Assembly (NCBI GenBank): GCA_964187785.1
Contig: OZ076409.1
Location: forward strand, 54,872,001-54,936,000
Source of the DNA: Amphiscolops sp. MND2022
Taxonomy: Eukaryota
Direction of reading: 5' to 3'
Length of the DNA stretch: 64,000 nt
The notes under the pieces were generated by a model. It ran no database searches. It saw only the letters and a program-made list of their open reading frames with translations, and had not been told where the DNA came from. Below are positions 11,466-22,500 of this stretch, piece by piece (position 1 is the stretch's first letter; each line of letters begins with the position of its first letter). Made by a program: the position numbers and the translations under genes.

Positions 11466-13952
11466 TGTTACGACATGCTATCGAGTCGTTTTGAGTTGAA
11501 CTTATCCTCACTGACTTTGTAGGGGTATAAAAGTTTCTAGTCTCCTCTTCTACTTCTTCCTCAGTATTCTCCCTGATGCTTCCCCTTGTTTCAGGTTTTA
11601 GTAGTTTCAACATCTCTCTCTGGGATTCGGCAAGAAGAGTCCTAATTTCTGATGTTATCTCATCTTTCAAGGATGCCCTTAAACTCTCCAAGAAACTATT
11701 TTCAATTCGAGGAGATTTTGGTCTGGAAGGACCCGACAAGTCTACGTCCTGGTTTGAAGAACACGGATTTTCTACCACTATCGGTGAAATAAAACCTTCA
11801 CTTACGTCCTTGTCGCCTTGTTGCTCATTCCTTCTTTTCTGGCTTCTAGTTGTAGACATTTTGAAGAAAAGCTTTATCTTGAAGAATTGATTTTTCCAAA
11901 GATAATTTTCAACAAAGTTAACTGAGATTAGAGTTTAGCGAAATTGAGAATTCAACTGAATTAAACAATTGCAAAAGACTGAGTCCCTGAGTCAATGAAA
12001 ATCATCCTATATATACCCTCCTAGCATCATTTGATCACGATTAAAATCCTAATCTTCCTCGACCAATTAGTCATTTCCTGTATTTTCGATGAAAAAATCA
12101 TTTTGTTCCCAATTTTACGTCGATAACTCGTCAATTTTTGAGACACGACAATTTCAATCTAGCATTAGTCATCAACCACGATCATATCATTTCAGCTCGG
12201 CGTCCTTTGCTTTCCTCCCAAGCAGGAAGTAGATATTACTTCAGTCTGTCAAACCGGAAATGATTCCCTGTTTTACTGCTTTGGTTCGTAGGAAAATGAC
12301 GCGGAGATGACGCTGACGTGAACAACTAATACCTGATTTTGAATTTTTACTTGAAGGAAATGCTATGACTAATGTTTTCAGCTTTGGAATTTCCAATGAT
12401 GCTAGGAAAAGTAAAGACAAAGCTATGGAATTAGCTTCAATTTTTGAGTTGAATTCCCACTTCAGATAAATAGTAATTAAACCAAATTAACGTAACACCA
12501 ACGTTTACATTAGAAAACTAGAATGATTTGGCAACAGCTCTTGGCTTCTACAAAATTGGCTGAAAAGGTGGACGGAGCTATGACGTGTTAAAATCAAAGG
12601 TATTAACGAGTATGAATTTCATAATTGAATTCATTCATACTCGAGTTTAAACTTTGACGTCTTAACGTCGTTGGATCGAACTAATAAAAGTGAAACAGTC
12701 AGTTGCCAAAAGTGGTATGAAAATGATCACAATGAGATGTATAAAAACAACAACAAGCACAGTTATATTCGGGGAAAACACGAATATGAATATTACAAAA
12801 ATATGACCTCATTATTAAAATATAATCTTTGCTGGTTCATAGCCCATAACTTTTCAGATAAGTCAGATTGACGTCAGGTTACACACAATCATATTTATGG
12901 TCTGCTTCAAACAGCATAAAATGTACATTAATAGCATTCCCCTTTTTGGAATAAACTGTGACTTTAATTATGAAGAACATGGAAATCCTAATCGGGTCAT
13001 TTTACAATGTGATTCCAAAAGATTAGTATTTTTATTGACGGGATCAGGACGTAAATTATCAAGTTTTATCCTTAACCTCGTAGAGTTCTAAAACATCTTT
13101 AAACGTTTCTTTTCCGTCAAATCCGACATATTAATATTCATTCCACTGAATTGGATGGATTAAACCAACTATTTTGATGGATTTCGGACGTAACGTGGAC
13201 GTACGTATTAAGATTGGCTATAGACCACCGGTATTGGACGTAACGCGGACGTAAATTTGAAGTAAGAATTAGTCCGCGCCGAGAAGGCAATACCGTGACG
13301 TCACTATGGCGGAAAATTGGAATGATTTTAAGTAGTGTCACTAATATAGGCGGTAAATTGGAATGGTTCTCTAGTGAGCGCGGACGGAACGGTGACGTCA
13401 CACTATATACTTTCAAGTCTGCTTCTTACCGACGTCTAATATACATGTATTCTTTATTTTGTTTACCTAGCGCAGTGCCGACGTCCTAATCCGTACTAAT
13501 TGCTGTTCAAAGTGCAATTAAGCCGCCTTTCTTAGAAAAGGAGTGTATATTTCAGTGTGTCATCTCAATGTACTTTCTATTTTAGATCCAGATAATGTCC
13601 TTTTTCCAGCGGTGATTTTGGGTATGTTTTCGTTTAGATCGGTCTATGGTCTTTATTTCAAGACGTATACTTAATTAGGTTTTCAGGTGGCGAATGTTTC
13701 TATTTTGACGAGATGAAAACGTCCTGCCGGAAGTGTGTGAAATCATTTTTGCTCATTTTAGTTTCTGTCCTCATTTTCATTTAAACTTTGCGCACGTTAG
13801 ACGTACTTTTAGTCACAGTTTATTCTAACATTAGTATGAAAGTTCAAGTCAGTAGCCAAAATACCTTTTCGAAAGTTTCGCTGTACAGCCGTGTCCTCGT
13901 CCGATCCCAATCCGTCAACATCCACAATCCAGTCCGGGAGCGGACTGTGACA
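11466..13952 (-). repeat. 3' LTR of the large Gypsy element (contains a copy of the gag N-terminus, ORF 11440-11859)
   Basis: About 11 substitutions versus 25516-28002 counted by eye, no indels (constant offset 14050). Confidence 0.97.
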
Positions 13953-14613
13953 GGGCCACTGTCATGGGTCGTATAACTCTCCCGGGTTGGCGAAACTGGA
14001 ACGGCTGATATTGATTGTTTCCTTTGTCATCTCCTGGAGTACGCTTCACTGCCGCTGACCGTATTGCTGCTTGCTTTTCCAAGTCGTTTAGTGGACTAAT
14101 CGGACGTGGAATTACTCTCTTCAGTGGGCCTGGGGGTGTCTCGAAAAGAGAAATATTGTCCTCTTCCCTGTGGATTTCCTCCAAATATTCGTTGATAATG
14201 CAGCTCGTGATCGATTGTGGGCTTGGTGCACGATGGCCTTCCACCACGAACACTTCAGGGTTCGATTTATTGTCGTCCTCTTCCTGTTCGTCCGGACTGT
14301 CTGGACTCTCCTTCATTGAGCTGTATTCAGACTTCGGCGAAGCGTTGTTAAGTTCTCCTGATTCTAGGGATTCGAAAGACGAACTCAGCCGCATCCTCTT
14401 GCAGTCCGCTTCTAACGAGTCCGCCGAGACGTCGAAGTACTCTTCTTCGTCAGCTACTGCTCTGGCGGATGAATTTGAAATATTTAGGATGACTCTAATA
14501 TTGGGTAGTGACCCACTGGGAAGGGGAGTTGATGATCTCTCCGACGCCTCTGTTTCGACTTCACTATCTGACGAGATGTCTATTAGCTCGTATATTTCCA
14601 GTAGATGGGTCAT
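13915..14613 (-). CDS. Extra ORF (ORF4), 232-aa acidic Ser-rich protein, sense to gag-pol, ending inside the 3' LTR
   Basis: Open 699-nt frame from ATG (MTHLLEIYELIDISSDSE...); lies directly downstream of the CCAAT/CRE region. Confidence 0.65.
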   Translation of the reverse strand: MTHLLEIYELIDISSDSEVETEASERSSTPLPSGSLPNIRVILNISNSSARAVADEEEYFDVSADSLEADCKRMRLSSSFESLESGELNNASPKSEYSSMKESPDSPDEQEEDDNKSNPEVFVVEGHRAPSPQSITSCIINEYLEEIHREEDNISLFETPPGPLKRVIPRPISPLNDLEKQAAIRSAAVKRTPGDDKGNNQYQPFQFRQPGRVIRPMTVALSQSAPGLDCGC

Positions 14614-14689
14614 TTTCTTCAAGAAATTTTTTCTTTCTTTACAGCTGACTTTTATCTTTTGATTGTTCCTCAATGAATTCAGGATTAAT

Positions 14690-15075
14690 TAGGATTAAGG
14701 AGAATATTGGGATAAATCCCTCCATTCTGATTGGCTATTCAATCATTTTAATCCTTTTCAATCCTCAGGTGTTGACGTTATTCCAACGCCGCTTTTTATT
14801 GGCTGCAAATTAAGTTAATCCGCTTAGCCAAGATTGTCAACGTTATGCTGACGTCATTTTCGTTAGCTTAGCTAACTTTTGTTTTGTCACCGTTGTGATG
14901 ACGTCATTATAGGTTATAGGATTAATAACCCAATAACCTTTTTGTCGACGTTATGCCGACGTCAATTTCGCTGATTTTTAATCAACTTTTTGGTACTGAC
15001 GTTATGCCAGCGTCAATTTCGTTGTTGGCTTGCCAACTTTAAGTTTTGTCACTGTTATAATGACATCAATTTTGG
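14690..15075. promoter_or_regulatory. Putative bidirectional promoter: about 5 copies of a TGTCAACGTTATGCTGACGTCA-like unit plus CCAAT boxes
   Basis: TGACGTCA at 14849 and 14899, variants near 14957, 15010 and 15061; ATTGG near 14730 and 14798; lies between divergent ORFs. Confidence 0.55.
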
Positions 15076-15209
15076 TTGTTGTCTTCATCTTCGGGTTTGT
15101 TTTCAGATTCTGAGCTATTTGACGATGGATTCACGTCCCACTGTCCCTTCAGTTGATCCCGAGGGCCCAGAGTGGTCACGAGACGCAATACGTGTTCTCG
15201 GAGGGAGAC

Positions 15210-18200
15210 ATGCGTCAGAGTGACGCGGATGACATTCGACCTCGGGCTGTTGGTGAGTATTTCATTCCCTGATCCATTAAGCTTTTGTGAATAATACTAC
15301 TACCAGATAGGCCTTTTCTGATTCATATTTTCACAGCTTAGATTTTCTTGACGCGTCGATGCTGGGAATGTACCTTTTCTTTTCTAGAGCCCAAGGTGAT
15401 GACTACTCCTCTTGCTGGTGCTGAAGTGGGCGTTCCTCCTGCGACCATTTCTCCTGTGACGCCTTCTGCTGAGCTCGAGAGTGTTCCTTGTGGGTCGTCT
15501 GCTGCTGTCCCTGCTGGTGGAGAAACCCCTGTCGCGTCAGGTTCGAGGCCTGACGTCAATCTTACGGGCTTGCTCTCTGGTTCTCCTTGCGGAGGCGAGG
15601 TAGTATCCCCCACCGGAGAGAAAGATGACGTCTTCGGGGCGGAATCTTCAGGAGCTGGGATCCTTGGGCAGACCTCCAGCTCACCTCAGTTGACTCCTTT
15701 CCTGACTGGGTTCGGGAAAACATTCAGTGGACTGACGCCTTCCGATTCCAGGAAAAGAGGTAAGGTTGACATATTTTGTTTGGTCTTGAGGTATTTCCCT
15801 GTTTGATTGTTTGGTGATACATGTTGACGTTATAGTTGCGTCCACTGCTGCAGAAAGGGCTGGAACAGGCTCATCTGGAAAAAGGAAGCGTCAGGTGCGC
15901 GTGCAGACGGCGAATCTGCATCTTGCGCAGCTTACTGTGAGCGGTAATAAAATTTTTCGTTCTTGGGTGTTGGGTAGGCTATTAGATAGGCTATTCGAAT
16001 GTGACTTTGGTTTGTTTCGTAGAATCTGGAGATTGTGCCGCTCAAGGGATTTCTGGTGCTAGTGACTTGGACGTGGCCCGGGCGGAGCCTTCTGGAGTTG
16101 GTCCCGTACTAGCAAGTGAGTATACCTTGTCATGACTGTAGTCGTTATCTGCATCACGTTGAAATGGGTTCTGTAGTGTACATCTAGGCATTTGTTGGTT
16201 GTGCTAGTTCTGTAGGTATAGTCTGGTTAGTGCTAATCCGTCGTTATGTCGTTTTGTAGGAATGCAAGATCTGATGTCTCGGATGGAGAGCAGTTTGGAG
16301 GCGGTTGCTTTGCGTGAGACCCCCGTCAAGAAGTATAGCAGCCGTCATCATCTCCGAAAAGATATGGTGGGAGACCATCCTATCTTCAGTCTGTTTGTCA
16401 GTGGAGCCAGCAACGGGTCGGCCACTCACTTCCACTGCATGATTTGCAAGCGGGATGTCTCCATACAGTCACGCGGGGCAAGGGAGTTCATCCGACACTA
16501 CTCCGGCGATCGCCACTGGACTCGAGATGTGGCCTACCGGGTTCAGCAAGGTCTGCCAGTGTTCGATCAGCTGATGAAGCCTCTCGAGTTGACGTCAGAC
16601 CAGCGGGCCGAGTACCTGGGGCAAGATGCAGTGGAGAAGAATGAAGGATTCAGTTTCCCTGAGGACTTGCTGCCGTCTTGTACTCGGGTGGATTCGACGA
16701 TTCCTCTGCTGACAATGGTAAACTGTGTGGCAGAGCTATGCAGGTGGGGTGGTAGCTACGTTTTGCTCCGCAAGCTGTGGGGCAATTTCCGTGCCACTCT
16801 GGGGCCTGACAATCCCCTATATAATCTTCACTGGAATCGTCCTGAGACACTGGTTAGTAATCCTCATAGAGATAAGTTGTGTTGTTTTTCCTCATCATGT
16901 GCCTGTTTCTTTTGTATGTGGACGTCTTGTGGTCGTCGTAGGTGGGTTTGTGCATCTGCTGAGTGAGTTGGTGCGTTTGTGTTTTAGTCGTTGATTTGTC
17001 GTGCTCTCTTTCCTCGGGTCCTGCGCTCCATCATCTCTCGCGTGACGACCTTCAACTGCTACAGTGTACGGTTTGAGGAGCATGCCGATGGCCAGTACTG
17101 CTTCGTTTCGACTTGGGAGGGCAATACTTTGCTGGACGTCTGCATCAATGTCGAGCCCTTGGGTCAGCGAGTGCCCCAGTCCGAACTGTCGTCACTGTCG
17201 CGTATCGTCACCAGTCTGTCCTCAGCTTCTCTCCCTATCAGCATTCGTGGTGCCAGTCCATCCTTCCTGCGGGTAGTCAACGACGAACGCAGTGACGGGC
17301 ATCGTTTGGTGTATGCTCGGGAATTCTCCTCTGATGTGTTCCTCCACTGCTATCGAGTTGCCCATCAAGAGATCTTCGGGATGTTAGAAGTCGCCACCAT
17401 GGTCGACTTCTTGATGGTGCGTCTTCGTGGGGCTTTGCAGGAGCCCTGGATGGAGGACCTTCCCGAACTTCGCCGTTGTGTGGTCGCTGGAAAGGTGACG
17501 TTCGTCGAACTGCGTGGTGTCGTGGCTGAGCTGGTTTCCATTTGGGATACCGTCCGGGAGTACGTTCGGTACACTGGTCCCCGACACATCAAGAGCGAGG
17601 CTGACAAGCTGGGTATAGTTTTGTTTCAGGGTGCTGTTTTGTATTCTTGCGGTGGGGTGTCGTCTCTCTGTGGGTTTGGCGAAATAGTCATCTTGTTGTT
17701 GCTATTTAGATGCGAGGCACAGACACGCTCGTCTACTCCGAGACGACAAACAAACTGCGACTGGGAATGCTGCTGCACGTTCTGGATCTTTGTAAGTTGT
17801 ACTTTCCTGTGACTTTCTTTCGCTATTCTTCGTTTTTGGTTTTTTTTGGTAGCTCGTTTGGTATGCTAGGTGGCTGATCGTCGTCGTCATCGGGTTGTCG
17901 TCTAGGTATCATAGTCTTGGTAATATGTGTACAGCCGTCTGTTGTGTTTAGATCATTGCACTTTCGTCAAACAAAAGACCGGACGTAGTGACTACGCCTT
18001 TCATTCCTACAGTGAAGTGTGTCAGTTCGTGTACTGCTTGCTCATCCGCAGTCGCAAGGTGTCCAGTCTGCCTACTCTCAATGATTGGGAGTCATATATG
18101 GAGCCCAGCAAGTTGCAAGCGTTTGAAAAAGTCAGTACTGACGATTTCTTGCAGAATTACGAGTTTGGGGCTGAACTACATCGTTCAAACACTGATGAGG

Positions 18201-19270
18201 CGCGTGTGTTCCGCAATCGTTGTCGGGAATTTGTGGACCGGCTGGTGGACGTCATCTTCGGTCAGCAGGTTGTGTCCTCGGATTTCTTCCAGGGGTTGTA
18301 TTGCTTTTGCCCTGAGCTGCTCCTTGAGGGCGACGACCAGCATGTCTTTCAGCTGTTCTCTCGTCTGGTTCGCGTTCTCGAGCGATGTGGCTGTCTCTCC
18401 AGCAGTGATGCACAGTCGAGTCGTGAGGAGTTCGCCACATTCGTCGTCGATGCTAGGACGCGGCATCAGGAGTCAGAGCGAAGTGCGGAGCAGATCGAAG
18501 ATGTTACTGAGTATCTGCTTTCGGACTACAGTTTCATGTCACGGAGAAGCCTCGTCCGGGTACTGAAAGTGTGCTGCTTGGTAGTGGATCGCCCTCGCAG
18601 AAAGATGCCTGACATTGAAATTGATCTTAAGGACTGTGCCGTTCCTGTTTCCGTCGTGACGTCGTCTCTGAGGGGCGTCCAAAGTCTTGTGTCTTCTCCC
18701 GGGTACAAGCAGGGCGCTTTCTTCACTCAGGGAACCATGGAAAGTGTTCGCGATGCCATAGCCAGCAGTCGGGGTTTCATGTCTTGTGCCAGTTTTGACC
18801 CTTGGGAGAGTGTGTCATGTGGCGATCATTCGGCCTTTGTGCGTCAATACTCTTCAGCCTTTGATGCCTATCTGAGCCGCAAGAAAAGTGAGGCCACGAA
18901 GCAGCTTCATAGTGCCAACCGTCAGCCGCGCCAAGTTCGTTTTTCGGAGTCTGGTGGTTCGGGCGGGTCAAGTGTCTGCAGTTCTCCTCGTGGTGGTGTG
19001 CTGCCTGCTACCTCATTTGCCATTGCTTCTCCTGTGTCTGGTTCCGATGCTGGGACGTCAAGGCAACGTACTTATACTGCGGAGTCTTCCTTGGCTGCTA
19101 TTCTTGGGCAGAAAAAAGAGCTGAAGCCCGTCAAGAAGGCGTGTGTTGGTAAGAAAGAAGCGTCAAATAAAAGCGCAGAGAAAGAGTCCTCTAAAGATCA
19201 GTCACACGAGGGGCCAAAAAGTGCGAAGTCGATTGGAAAACGATTGAGTCCCAAGTCCAAGAGTCACTAA
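15210..19270 (+). CDS. Antisense spliced cargo gene, ~1073 aa, resembling a degenerate hAT/ZNF862-type transposase. Exons: 15210-15252, 15388-15759, 15836-15943, 16023-16115, 16260-16852, 16988-17612, 17723-17791, 17952-19270
   Basis: Seven GT-AG introns (76-160 nt) with compatible phases give 3222 nt open; BED-like finger CMICKRDVSIQSRGAREFIRHYSGDRH; hAT-like segments in the expected order; 5' end and the exon 3 and 7 boundaries are less certain. Confidence 0.8.
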
Positions 19271-19508
19271 GATGTGTAGTCGAGACTTGATACAACTGTT
19301 GTTGTTAAACTTTAGTAGTAGTCTTTTGTGCTTCTTTTATTGCAGCTTTTATTTATTTGATTGTAGTCGTTGCCTTTTGACTATTTTTATTTTGCTGGAT
19401 TTTAAAATTAGCTGATAGTGATTGACTCCCCAGCAAAATAGTAGAAAAACAATTGGAGTCAAAGAAAATCAAGAAAAAGAGGCCTTAGTATGCCAGTAAT
19501 TAAAGTCG

Positions 19509-22500
19509 TCAGGTCGGTTCGATCTGGACACTTGATAGTGCTCTTTTCCCTTTCTTGTGAGTCGTAGTGATAGCGTCAAGTCTTCTAAAGTCAGGATTAG
19601 TATTGGGTTTGGGATTAGGTCGTAGATTGTATTTCGCTATTTTCCTTGGATTATATCCAATTATTGTAGGCGGCGATTTTGGGGGAATAGGTGGGTTTTC
19701 AATGGGTGGGGGGCGCCGTATATATGGATTATCCCCCACGTCTGTAGTAAGATTTGAAAAGTCCGGAGATGGCGGCGCTTCGTCGTCCGTAGTTTCAGGT
19801 TTCTTGTCCAGTATTTGTTGCGTCGCCGTTTCGTCCTGCGTGTTCGCTACCTCTTGTGTGACTGGTTGTTGATGATTGTTTTCGTTTTCTCGCAACTCGT
19901 GCTCGTCGATCTGTTTCCCGAAATCCATTTCCCATGAGACTGCGTACCACTCATTGTGTGAAATTTTGACATCTGGATCGGGAAGGTAATTGTCGGCTCG
20001 TACTGTGACGTCAGGCAAGCGTTGTTCTGGCACGTAAGGTCGTATGCGAATTCTGTGTAGTGTTTGTGTATATCTTGTGCCAAGTTTGCGTATTGTGTAG
20101 TTATTATTGGAAAGCACTTTGATCACTATGTACGGGCCAGTCCATATGCAGTCTTGGAACGCAAACTTCGTCGACTGGTTGTCGGCTTTCGGATTGAGTA
20201 TGTAACAATAATCGTTGATCTTCAGTGGAGCTGCAGACGCTTTGCGGTCGTAATATTTTTTATATTTGAGGTAGGATAGCATTATATTGTCCTTCGCTGT
20301 CGCTCGTACCTCGTCTATTTGTTTTTGTATTTGCTCTGCTATGTCCGAGTTGGGCGTTGTTTTCCACTTTGGCTTGATCCCCAATTTTAGGTCGAGGACA
20401 TTGTAGGGTATTCGTCCGTGGAATACTGTAGATGGTTCACAGCCCAGAGTCTCGTGGTATGTTGTATTGTAGTTCATTACAGCTATTTGGACATACTTGT
20501 GCCACATTGAACGTCGTTCACGCGTCGAAATTTTTAGTGCGGTTTTGATTGACGCGTGTGTTCTTTATAAAATTCCGATCGTCTGTGCATGTTTTGTAGA
20601 CGCATGGCTGATTTGAATCTCGAGTATTTGGGCTATTTCTGTGACGACTTCTGATCGAAATTGTCAGCCCTTGTCTGATAGGATTAGTGTTGGCAAGTAT
20701 GCATGTCTTGTCATAACGTCGACAATGCATCGTCCGATTGTTTTCGCTGTGACATTCTGTGTTGGATATGCAAATAGGTAACGTGAAAATACGTCGATCA
20801 TCGTAACGATGTTCTGGTATCCTGCAGAGCTTGGCAAATTTGGTAGTATGTCAATTTCAAGAATGTCCTCCGGACCAAGGACGTGTTCCGTATTGTTGAT
20901 CATTTTCGGTCTGATTTGGCTGTTGTTGATTCGTTTGTATTTGATGCAGTCTTCGCATTGCATTACCCACTGTCTGATTCTTTTTGCTAGGCCGGGGTAA
21001 TAGTACTTTGATCGGCATTCTTGAATCATTTTTGTAATCCCCGGGTGTTTTCCCATTTGTCCATGTATTGCCTTCAAGAGTTCTGTAACCAAGTGTTCGG
21101 GAATTAATATTTGGTGGTGGGTAACTTGTCAACATTCGCCGTAGTACTTTCGCATTAATACTCCATCTTTGACAATTAGTCTGCTTTCGTGGACTAGAAG
21201 GCGTTTGGCTGTCGGATCAGTTTGTAATAGGTGTTTGTCATAATCTTCAGAAATCAGTTTCTTTTTGATTGCTTTGAAAACTAGGTTTGAAGAATCTTGT
21301 TCGACTCTGATGCGAGCATCCTCTTTTATTGCTCCAAAGGTATAAGATGCTTTATTTATTGGAATTGGGGTGGTTTCTTTGATGGCTAGTTTAATTTTGG
21401 GCGTCTCCTCGTCGCGCGCATTTTGTCTAGCTTGTTCCTTCTGCAATAGGATTTCTTCTTCTGTTTCAATTGTTTCATCCGGAAGGAAGAAAAGCTGTTC
21501 CTCATCCGCGACGTCCGTAGATTGGAGATTCACTTGGATGGGCCTGATTGTAATGTCCTCTCTTATTTTCAATTCAACTCGTTCTTTGGGGGTAAGTTCA
21601 ATGCGTGATAAGAAATCAGCTGCAGTGTTTTGCGTACCAGCGACGTGCATTATATGGAAGTTGAATTGTAGCACATAGTCACACGCGTTCCACAGCGTAG
21701 GCGGTATGGCTTTTGTTTGAAAGAAGCGCGTGACTGACCTGTTATCGGTCATTACGAGTGTTGGTAGCGTCGCTTCCCACAATATATGGCTGTATTCTAG
21801 AAATGCATGGTAAATTGCTAGGAATTCTTTGCAGTAAATAGACATTTTTAGTTGAGCTGGGGAAAATACTTTCGATCCGAATGCGACCGGCGCAAATGTC
21901 TTCTTTTTTGAATTGAGTTTTTTGTCGTTGTTTTCCTCAATCATTAGTGCATAGCCGGAGGCTCGGAAACTGGCGTCCGTCATCAGGACGTACTGTCGTC
22001 CTGTGATTGGTTGTTTGAGTGCCAAACCGCAAGCTTGCGCCAGTGCTGCGTTGATAGCTTTGTAATGGTCAAGTAATTCTTCTGTGATTTTGATTTGTTT
22101 ATCTGCTTTCAACAATTCATAGAATCCGAGTAATTTTTCAGATAATCGCGGGATGTAATTGCGATAATAATTGACAAAACCAATGTATCTTTGTACCTGC
22201 TTTTTTGATTTTGGAAATCGTACATTTGCCAGAAATTTTTGTATTTTATGGTCTTGGGGGGCAATTCCTTGCGGAGTGATTGTTCTTCCAAGAAATTCAA
22301 CCTCAGTCACCCCGAAATGGCATTTTTCTATGGTTAGTTTAAGCCCCGCTTGTCTGATGCATTCGAAAACGGCTTTGATGTTACGTATCAGTTGCGTCAC
22401 TGAATTGGCTGCGATCCCGATATCATCCACATATTGTGCGCACTGGTCGGCTTTGATCACTTTGTCTAAGTATTCTCTCATGAAACTTGAAAATGCCGAC

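Noticed and set aside
11440..11859. Independent 139-aa gene
   Set aside because: It is the LTR copy of the gag N-terminus reading into flanking DNA
14015..14662. 215-aa + strand ORF
   Set aside because: Antisense shadow of ORF4; no ATG start and Ser/Leu-rich composition typical of a reverse frame
14830..15075. CRISPR-like array
   Set aside because: Repeats are degenerate, spacers are related to each other, the context is eukaryotic and there are no cas genes
15125..15223. ATG at 15125 as start of the cargo gene
   Set aside because: The frame stops at 15223 before the 15253 donor; it may be a uORF or reflect a frameshift, so ATG 15210 was used
13915..19270. env gene
   Set aside because: Neither cargo protein has a signal peptide, furin-site/fusion-peptide arrangement or TM anchor
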